This document shows positions 51,384 to 61,304 of a stretch of 64,000 nucleotides of DNA, piece by piece; within the stretch, counting starts at the first letter, position 1; every line of letters begins with the position of its first letter. Origin of the DNA: Camelus ferus (lineage: Eukaryota); contig NC_045696.1 in the NCBI RefSeq assembly GCF_009834535.1, forward strand, positions 73,410,001 to 73,474,000. The letters are read 5' to 3'. The position numbers were made by a program, and so were the translations under genes. The notes below the pieces were generated by a model. It worked only from the letters and a program-made list of their open reading frames with translations. It was not told where the DNA came from and did no database searches.

Positions 51384-51950
51384 CTCCCAGTATTTCCTTG
51401 GTAATTTGTGTTTGAAATATGAACTGAAGCCCTAAATCACCAAATATTTAAGAAAAGCCTCTAAGAAAAAAATCAAACAGATACAAACATACAAACTAAA
51501 AACAAGGCAAATCAGAGAGCAAAAATTAAATATCCTAAAAAAGATAGGAAAACTATTGCATCCATGAAACAAAAACAGATCAATAAAGAGCTCTTTAAAT
51601 CTTGAAAAACATGTTAGCAAAACTTCAATAGGATGTTTAGAAGATAGAGTTGAGGAAGTCTTCCAGAATGTAGAATAAAAAGACAAAATAATAGAAAAAA
51701 AAAAAAAGAGAAAACATAAAAAAAAGTAGAGAATCAATCTAGGAATCTTAAAATCTGACAAACAGGAATTCCAGAAAGAAAAGACACGGGGAAAGAAACT
51801 ATTAATAATTAACCACAATATTTTTCCGAACCCTAACAGACTTGAATTTACAAATTCAAAAACAGACAACAGAAGTTCTATGTCAGAACCAATCACTGAT
51901 ATTTTAGAACTTTAAGGATAAAGAAAAGCTTTTCTTAAAACCTTTTAGAG
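51170..51950 (+). mobile_element. Very old L1/HAL1-like 5' and ORF1 remnant
   Basis: 'tagaagatagagttgaggaagtcttccagaatgtagaa...aacaggaattccagaaaga' resembles ORF1-derived A-rich sequence. Confidence 0.55.
51340..51380. repeat. (AC)n microsatellite
   Basis: Perfect run of about 20 units. Confidence 0.97.
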
Positions 51951-52228
51951 GGGCCATATGTGAGGGATTAGCTGCAGGCTTTGCATGACTGTAAAGAGTG
52001 AGCAGTGCTGAGCCAAAACCAAGTTGCTCAGAACAAAGGTACAGAGGCTGAGCGCTACCACAAGCAGGCTGCTTCCCCACTCCTCCCACACATTGCTACT
52101 GCATGTTAACCAAATATTGGTTTGAAGGGGCAACCAGTTATTACCCTGTCTGAGTGCTTACATGTCTTAGTTGTACCCTGTATCAGGAATGCTAAGAAGT
52201 TTAGGATGCCTAGAGTTGAGGGTATATG

Positions 52229-52424
52229 TAATGGAATGCTGATAAATACTCAGCTAAGGGTTGGGGGGGGACTACAACTAATTTCTAGTGTTTGCCAGTT
52301 TCTATGGTGTAAATACTCCTCCATGGTTAATTTCCAACTATCAACATGACATCACAAAATGTGGAGCTGAGAAGAGACATGTGAAGTCTGCTGTCACATG
52401 CTGTTGTGTCCTAGTACACCACTG
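52229..52424 (-). mobile_element. MER63A-like hAT-Blackjack MITE
   Basis: 'gtgtttgccagtttctatggtgtaaatactcctccatgg...tagtacaccactg', with degenerate terminal inverted repeats. Confidence 0.75.
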
Positions 52425-52984
52425 TACATGAGAACATGGCTGGGAAAGAGGTGAGAAAGGTCAACTGAACTCAATAAATCATGGTGGATTTATTTAGCAT
52501 GCCATGTTTTAAAACATAGACTTTATTCCACACCAAAGGGAAGTTATAAAAGGTTTCCAAGCAAAGGCAGAACATGCTCAGATCTGAAATTTAGAAAAAA
52601 GTCTCATTGTTAACCACCAGTGGATCCAAATTCATTTATTCTTCCCTTTTTCAAACTCTAACCAAAGCATATTCACATACATAGCTCTATTTGTTGATAT
52701 TGAAAATGTTTCTAAATTCTAAATATTATTAAGTGAGAAATCAGGTCATGTGACATATACTCATAAATATTTTGAAAGAACATACAAAAATTGTGGTTAT
52801 ATATGAGAAATAGTAAAGATTTTTCATTTTTTTATTTGTATGTTCTATTTTTCTATAATGAATATAAATTACTTATGTATATTACCCTCTCAGTTTTAAC
52901 TGGTAATTAACATAAGTAGTAGTCACATAAAGATTCTCTGTTTCTTCCACAAAACTGATATCCAAGTGTTATTTACTTAGTAAG

Positions 52985-53240
52985 TGCAAACATTTATATA
53001 ACATGTGACTATATACTGAGCAGTATTCTAAAGGATATCTAAATGTAAATTCAACTCATTGGATCCTTACAATAACCCCATGAGCTGGGTACTGTTATTA
53101 TCTCTGTTTTACTGAAGAGGAAATAGAAAAACAGTGGATGAACAGTTCAAGGTCACACAGCTGGTAATTAATAAAGCTGATATTCAAACCCAGGCTGTCT
53201 GTCTATAGTGTTGACACTCTTTACCATCATACCCTACTGA
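52985..53240 (-). mobile_element. MIR SINE (a + strand MIR follows at ~53250-53405)
   Basis: 'atccttacaataaccccatgag...aaggtcacacagctggtaa...attcaaacccaggctgtctg'. Confidence 0.85.
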
Positions 53241-54116
53241 CTCTCATTTAAACTAGCTAAGCTTTAATTTCCTTATCTGAGGAGTGGAACTAATAATATT
53301 ACCTATCACATGGGCCTGCTGTTGGATTTAATTGAAATCATGCATGAAAGAACTTAATTTAATGCTTAGCACATAATTCGGGTTAATATGTGCTAGGTAT
53401 TAATGATAAAAATGATAACATTACTACCAAGACCTCAACTACTACCACCAATTCATCTACTTCCCATGCTGCCTCTAGACTTACACTCTCCTTTATTTCA
53501 ACTATTCTCTAAATATACCATACTTATTCCATGTCATACGTCATAGCCATGTTTCTGCTCATGCTGTTGGCCTCACTGAAATCAGGGGACTAGATCTATC
53601 CAAATCATTCTGGGCCTTCAAAGTGCAGCTCAGATTCCTTCTGCAATTACTCTCGCCTCCTCTGATCTTCTCTGCCACTACACTGTTAATTATACATTGA
53701 TTGTCTCATGTCTACTAACTGCTAGCTCTTTCTACCCCAAAATACAGCAGTTCTGTGAAAGCAGGGATGCATGTTAGAACACTTTTCCCCCCCATGAACC
53801 CCTTTTGTCATCTCCAACTCCAGTAGGACAAGACTGAGGTATTCAATGCATAGTTGCTTCACGTTTTTACTTACTCATGGATATACACCCATAAGAATAG
53901 AAATTCACCATTTATCTAAGTTTCCCAACAGTTTCTTTCCAGAAGAAAGAAAAATCACAATACTAATATCAGGAGAAGCCTGACATGCAACTGCAAATCC
54001 AGATAAACATGCACAATTTACAACTGTTATTAACATATAATATTAATTAGTAAATATGTATTTTTAGCAACATTGTAATGAACAGTAACTATAAATATTT
54101 ATTACGTGTCTTTTTT

Positions 54117-54248
54117 TAATTAACTTTTTGTTTTTGCCGAAGGAGATAATTAGTTTTTTATGTTTTTAGAGGAGGTACTGGGGATTGAACCCAGGAACCT
54201 TGTGCATGCTAAGCATGCACTCTACTGTATGAGCTATACCCTCCCCGC
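54117..54248 (-). mobile_element. Vic-1-type camelid SINE (left copy of a tandem pair)
   Basis: tRNA-Ala-like head 'ggaggtactggggattgaacccagg...gagctataccctcccc'. Confidence 0.9.
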
Positions 54249-54252
54249 ACCA

Positions 54253-54393
54253 AATTTTATTTATTTATTTTTGTGGGAAAGAGGTAATTAGGTTTATTTA
54301 TTTACTTATTTTTAGAGGAAGTACTGGGGATTGAACCCAGGACCTTGTGTATGCTAAGCATGCGCTCTACCACTTGAGCTATACCCTCCCCCA
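54253..54393 (-). mobile_element. Vic-1-type camelid SINE (right copy of a tandem pair)
   Basis: Same head. An outer TSD acgtgtctttttt (54104-54116) / acatgtcttcttt (54394-54406) brackets both copies. Confidence 0.9.
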
Positions 54394-57300
54394 ACATGTC
54401 TTCTTTGTGTCAAACACTGTACCAAGTGATTTATAGATACTACATCTTACTCATAACTCTAGTATTAATAAAAATAGTGCTTCTTGTAAAAATGGCAGAT
54501 GGGAAAGATTAAGAACTTGCCTGGTAGAGCTAAGAATCAAATCTAGTTTGTTCTGACACCGGTACATACTGTTTTTCTGTATATTTCCCTTCCTCCCATG
54601 TCTTTATACAAGGTTGAGATTTAGGACCTGTTCTTCTATTTCTCAAAGATAGTAATCAACACTACCTCCCTTGCCATAATCTGCCTTTCTAAAAATTAGG
54701 ATCACTATAGAGCACTCTATTTTAGATATTCTCCCAGAAAATTCAGTCACAATAATACCAGAGACTATTCATTTTAAGGGAAGCATTCATTAAAGGCGGT
54801 TCCACATCTTGGATGCTATTACCATGAACCTCTGGGTACTACAATAATTAGAGCTGGTAGAGATTCCAAAGAGCACAGGCTGTTTTATGGTCAAGAACAG
54901 GACAAAAAGTCTGAGTTGACTTTTTAGAAAAAAGAATATCTATATCTCCCTGTGAATAAGATGGTAAAACCATAAATACCATCACTAAGACAGTCCCTGC
55001 AGTCTTTGTTCTGAGGATGTATGGACGACTTTATCTGGGTATTTCAGCCTTAGGCACTTAGCTATAAATAGAAGCAGAGCAGTTCAGAAGAAAGAGTTCA
55101 GGCAGCCACAAGAAAATTGTTCTTTAATTTCCTCTCTGAGTGCATCCCCCCTTCTATGATGTGTCCTCACATCCTCTCAACCCTAGACCCTGAGCCATCC
55201 CTGGATCACTGCAGCTGGACTCCCCGAAACTGAGCAATTGCATGGAACAGACTGTAAAACTTTTACTTTCTTAATATGGAAAGATCTATTAAGAGACTCA
55301 TATTTCTAATAATTATCCACAGCCATAGATAGCTATAACCTGCAATTACCTAAACTCTCACCATTTTCACACCACATTTGTAAGTTTGACCTCAACACAA
55401 GGTTGAATTTCCATAACAGGAAATGTGAATTTCCTCATTCTATTTGCTTTATACTTCTTCTAAGATGTCCTTGATGTAGCAGCTAAATGCCTAATATGAA
55501 ATAAATATCTTAGAAAAAAAGTAGCTATTTTTAAAAATGTGGATATTAGTTTGATATGATACTAACTTTTTCCAAGTTTTTTGTTTAAACTGAAAAGTCC
55601 TTGTTACATGGTTTTTAATATTTGGATAATTTTTATAATGAATATGATAATATTCACTATTTTTCTTCAGGCATAATAGGAGAACATGTAATTCATTTTC
55701 ATGCAGTTAAAATTCACTAGAGACTGGCATTTTAAGACTTAAAATCTTTTCTAAAAAATAACCTTTGTAAAAATCCAAGGGCCTTCCCTCCCCCTTCAAC
55801 AAATGTTGGCTTTTGTTATTTTTTTATAAGCTGCATATTGAATTTCCCAGGCTGTGTTTCTGAACAGCAATCTACTGAAAAAAAGTGCAATTATTTTTTT
55901 TTCACTCAAACATGCATTTGAGAAAAATGAGTAGATCAGATAAAGAGCTGAGATGCTATTCAACTCAACCTTGAGTCACTCTGTCTCTTTAAAAAAAAAA
56001 AAAAAAAGAGTGGCAAAATCAATACAAACCAATAATAACTTCACATTTGTGGAAGCAACATGAATGGCTCTCCAAAATATTGAGACACATCCAAGTACAT
56101 TTTCGTAGAGCTGATATTTATCAGAAGTCATTTGCCCTCAAGCAGATGCTCCCTTTCATTGTGCTCCTGTCACAAATGACTAAGATTTATGACAGACAAT
56201 TACAGCATCTGCAGTTAGCAGCCTTATAATCAGCACCATTATTTAACGATTGGTGCAATAAACTGACTCCTGTTACTGTTTATCAGATATCAGTCAGTTC
56301 TGGCCATTTTCTTCAGCTCCCAAATCACAGTATGGTGCAGGCACTGCCTTTTAATGGCTAGGCAGAAGCAGGAGCATTTTCACATTTTTTACAGACTGCC
56401 GAGGGAAAGAAAAAAGCAACCAATTACACGTACGTATAGTGCCCTCTCATTTGAGATGCCCGCGTATGTAACTATCTCCACACAGTTCTAAACCTCTCGC
56501 AGGAGGCAAAAAGCTTTTACTGTGGAGAAGGATTTTATATGTTTTAAAAAAGCAATAAATTTAAAAAAATCTTCTTGTTTTTATTTATTTTTTGACAAAA
56601 TCCTCTGTTTAAATTTTCATGTCTTTTCCAGGTATAAAATGTTGCTTTACTAGGTCCACTGTTTTCTCTTATAGTGTGGTATCAGCTTGCCTTTCAGAAC
56701 CAGAAAAACAGCTATTGTCCCTTGAAAGTATTTGTGAAGGAGTGAGATTTTTCTTTCAAACTCTGTGAGGTTTTATTTAGAGGAAGTATTATGGACACAA
56801 CAGAATTAAGTTTTTCATCAGTCAAAAAACCTACATATAAGAGGTCATAGGTGAGTGTTTAGAAGTCACTTAAATGTTAAGGAATTCTATCTTTCTAGAT
56901 ATACAAACATGCAGAGGTACACATACCATTCAAAGTCCTTTCTGGCGAAACATCATGCATTTATGTACAAGCATTGGTGGCGGGCAACGATTCAGGGACT
57001 ATTTTTGGGAGACAGGACTTAAGTTTCACGTGGGACAGTCAAAATAAAAAGCTTATGAAAGCTTTCATAGATGTGCAAAGAAGTATGAAATTCTAGTCAA
57101 ATTATTGAGAGGGGAAAAAAAGCCAGACCTTTTTTTACTCCTGTTTTTTGTTATTTTTTCCATAATCAAACAAGTTAAGTTTCTCATTCATGTCAAAAAG
57201 CATTTCATCCAATGACTTCCATTTTATATAGCTAATAACATCATATATGCCCAGATAAAAACACTGATGAAAATGCTTTTGTAATGTAAGGCCTATGTTT

Positions 57301-58729
57301 CATTCACAAAGTTACATGATCCTCTTAAGACACTGGAGCACAAAGTAATGCATTCTTTTACTAAAAAAAAAAAAAAAAGATTAAGTAATGCCATGGGGCC
57401 AGATTTCCCTTCCAGAAAAATGTATAAAGGGTTTCACAAAGTCAGTATAAACTTGGTTATTTTCTAAGTTGGAACTTTTACAAAGGCTTCACAGACCTTC
57501 ACAAAACTAACCCTCAGAACTATACACGAGGCTTCAGCAGGTGAATGGTCAGTGAAGGTTCTTAGACTTTTCTAGTTAGAAAGTCCTTAGGTATCATTTC
57601 ATGAAGTTCGCTCATTTCAGAGATGGTGAGGGCAAGAGTGAAAGAGTTAAGTGATTTTCACCAGAGCACAGAGCTAAGTTTCAGCACAACTGTGATTAAA
57701 ACCCAAGTGTACCACTTGGCTAGCAGGGTCATTTCTGTAAAGTCCACCCCAGAGGACCCAGATGCTCTCTCAGTGACCCCAGCAGGAATCAATCCTTTGG
57801 CTCTGCTAAGCCAAACCTGACTTTGGATGTTGTGTGCCCATCCTTCTACAGAGCGCTATGTTCCTTGACTCAAAGAAACAAAAATTTCCATAAATCTGCT
57901 AGACACTTACTTCCCTACTTCTGGATCTGGAGCCAGAAAAAAAAACTATTCAGTCATTCAAATAATGTTTTTATTCCATCAGTTAACTAGCATTAACTCA
58001 AGTTGTTGGTTTTTAAATTTAAAAAATTTTCTAATATAGTAATTTGGTACCTTGTATAGATATTATTTGTTGTTTCTTAGGGTTTTTTTTAAAAAACTAT
58101 TTTGTACAACTGATTGCAAACTTACACAAAAACCATTTTTCACCAATTTGGCAGCATCAAATAATTCAAAGAATTTTTAGAATCAGAAAGAAGCAACCAC
58201 CAAACTTTCTTTGCTAGTGATGTATAGAAATACATTAATGCACAGATAGGTCTCATTCCATTTTAGTAAAGTACTAAAAGTAAACTACTGGGAAAGTACT
58301 TTGGATGCATCAAAGAAATTGGTGTATTTTCTCCCTATGTCCTGTCCTTTTCTGCTGGGTTAGAAGGGAAAATTACCCAGCCTACAGCAAGTCACTGACT
58401 TTGGAAGCCAATGACAAAGCCATCAGCACTGCAGGTTGTTAGCAGGTGTTCCTGAGAGGCTGGATCTTGGTTGACAATATTCACATAAACACATGCAGGT
58501 GGCATTTCAATAACACACCTTGACATTAAGCCCTGGTACATAGCTGATGGTCACAGGGAGACCCAACAGATCTGACTGCTACTTAGCAAAAAAGAGTGGC
58601 AGGAGGATATTTTTCTTCAGGGCCCTTATCTGAGGCTGTTTGTGGCAGAAGAGGGGGAGAGGAGCACCCAAAGAAAGTGATGCATTGTCAATGTACCAGT
58701 ATTTGGCAGCTGATGGCCAAGGGCTACAT

Positions 58730-58932
58730 GGTGTGGGAGCTAAGGGTCAGGATCCTAAGTCAGCCAGACTGGACCTGACAAGGGCTCAGAGTTGGTGAGA
58801 CTCTGCCAGAGTCCTTCACCTCTAAAAATCCCTCATCTACAAGATGGAGTGAGGATGAGACAGCACATGTAAAGCAATGAGCACTGTGTAGGGCACAAAG
58901 CATTGCTGCTTAAACATTAGCTATTACTGCTA
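58730..58932 (+). mobile_element. MIR SINE (degenerate)
   Basis: 'aagtcagccagactgg...cctcatctacaagatgga...gcacatgtaaagca...taaacattagctatta'. Confidence 0.65.
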
Positions 58933-59139
58933 TTACGGCTATCTGTACACTGAGATTTCCAGGCTGAATTCTTATGCAAGTATAAATTTGGACTTTAGAG
59001 TCAGGTTCAATAAATAAGCCCCACCCCAAATTTAGCTGTATAGAAGTATCACATTAATCCTAGCAAAAGTCTACATACCTCATTTATCAATTAATGTATA
59101 TAAATAATATATGTGTGTACACACACACACACACACATA

Positions 59140-59360
59140 GAGTTGATCCTTGAACAATGTGAGAGGTTAGAAGCACCAACCCTTCCCTCAGCTGAAAATC
59201 CATGTATAACTTGTAGTCAGGACTTTGTCTCTGCAGCTCTGAATACGTGGACTCAATCAACCACAAAATGTGTAGTACTTTTGTATTTACTACTGAAAAA
59301 AAAAATCCATGTATAGGTGTACTCACACAGTTCAAATTTGTGTTGCTCAAGGGCCAGCTA
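59140..59360. mobile_element. Tigger2-derived MITE (MER8/Tigger2a-like, TcMar)
   Basis: Terminal inverted repeats 'gagttgatccttgaacaa' and 'ttgctcaagggccagct', flanked by TA on both sides. Confidence 0.8.
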
Positions 59361-59834
59361 TATATATATATATATATGCACACACATATATAATTATTAT
59401 TGTTGCACTACATTGATTTTGGTTTGGTTCCATTTTGAAAAAACTATATCTGTAGAATGTAGAGAAAACACGAAAATATTACAAAGTATGATTTCACTAT
59501 TCTATTCAGTAACAATATTCCTAAGAATCACAGTGGGGCTGTGAATATGACAAAATCCTGTCTCCTCTATTCTAACACACAGAGAATATACCTTTGAGCT
59601 TCTCATTATCCTCGTTTTTTCCAGTTTTTCACAACCACCTCTCCATAAAAATAAGGTTGAAGTGACAAGGAAAGGATCAATGGCTCCCCTTAAGAATCAG
59701 AGATCTCCTTAGCATACAAGATGCTGAATAGCAAAATTAAATTAAATGGCAGTGATGAAAGGGCAGGTAGGTAAGGGTGTCACTCACTTCTTGAGGAAGT
59801 TACAGTACTATTTTATGATAAAATGAAGAGTCTA

Positions 59835-60055
59835 GAGAGAAAAGGATTTGGACACTCTGGGTTCTAGTTCAGGGCCACACTTACTAGCTGTGTGACTTTC
59901 AACAAGTTATTTAACCTCTCTGAGCCTCTCTGAGCCTATATACAAAAATATAATATCAGGAATACCTACATTGTGGTTTTGAGTACTTAAATGAGCCAAC
60001 ATATGTAAAGTGATTAGCACAGAGCTGACAAGTAATAAGTACCCATTAAATGTTT
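59835..60055 (+). mobile_element. MIR SINE
   Basis: 'cacttactagctgtgtgactttcaacaagttatttaacctctctgagcct'. Confidence 0.85.
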
Positions 60056-61094
60056 TCTCTGATCTATAAAGTGCTACTAGTTTTGCTTTTATCACTGTGT
60101 TGTTTTGAGCAAGTGTGAAATATCTAATAATCTCATCTTGATCTATTCTAGAAATATATCTTCAATAGCAGAAAGTTTATTATAATTAGAAAAAGGTAAC
60201 ATTTATGGGAAAACATTTTAAAGTATATGCAAATCTGTAATTTTCCCAAAAAGCAACTTTATATTTTTTAAAATGAGCCTACAAATAAATTCCATTAATT
60301 TAATTCCACTGCAGGCATTGGCCAAGCATCAGCCTTCACAGTAACAGTGGCGGTAATTGCACTGGTGCTGAAAGGTATCAATTTTTCTATATATTTCTTA
60401 GCTAAATATAAAGTAGGATTTTCATGAAAAGCATTTAAAAATCCCATCTCTGCTCTTTATCTGATATTCTTAGATGCTGTATCATTCTAGTGCCTACTTC
60501 CAAGGATTAATTTCTTACATCCAGGGATACTTTCACAACTCTGAGTAAAGTCAGACTAGAACATTATTCTTCTTGTAAAATAAAGGGGACGAATGGAGTA
60601 AATTATTTCTGTTTCATATCTGAAGCTCATTCATTGATCTTTGGTTCTATATGTAAGACAGCATACAGCCTGGCTACCAATGTAAACTAGGTAAAGTTTC
60701 AAGTACTCCCCATGCCTTCAAGACTCTTCTAAAATGCTACTAGGTCGGTATAAAACTTCAATTAAGAACAAACATTTGAAATTGTTATGGGAAGTTCATT
60801 TCACAAAACATTTTCACTACAGTTGAGTTTCAGAAAACCCTGGTGGGTTAGGTGGAGAAGAATTATATCCATTCCAAAGAGAAAACATGTGACTTTAAAA
60901 GGTCCCTGGATCACACAGCTGTGGTAGGCTATGAGTCAGGCTATTTCCTCCAATTTTTTCCCACTATTCTGACTAACATGATTTTTTGTTTTGGGTTTTT
61001 TATACTAAGCAGTCTTGGTATTAAAAAAAAAAACCCTGAGTTTTGGAAATAGCCCCATCTGATACTAGCAGTATAATCTAGGGCAAGTCACTGA

Positions 61095-61285
61095 TGGTGC
61101 AGCTTGATGGTTAGAGTGTTGACCATGGAGCCAAATGCCTTGATGCAAATTCCAGCCCCAGTCACCACCACAGATGTGTGATTGGAGATGGTTATTTGAT
61201 TTTTTTAGCTGCAATTTTCTAGTGTGTACAGTGGCAAAAACTCCAACTTTATGGGGATATTATAATGTAAATGAGATACTCTGCC
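61095..61285 (+). mobile_element. MIR SINE
   Basis: 'ggttagagtgttgaccatggagccaaatgccttgatgcaaattccagc'. Confidence 0.65.
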
Positions 61286-61304
61286 TAAGATAATCACACA
61301 AAGA

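Noticed and set aside
51432..51896. 154-aa hydrophobic ORF that looks like a membrane protein
   Set aside because: It is the antisense reading of an A-rich old L1 remnant; the F/L richness is a compositional artefact.
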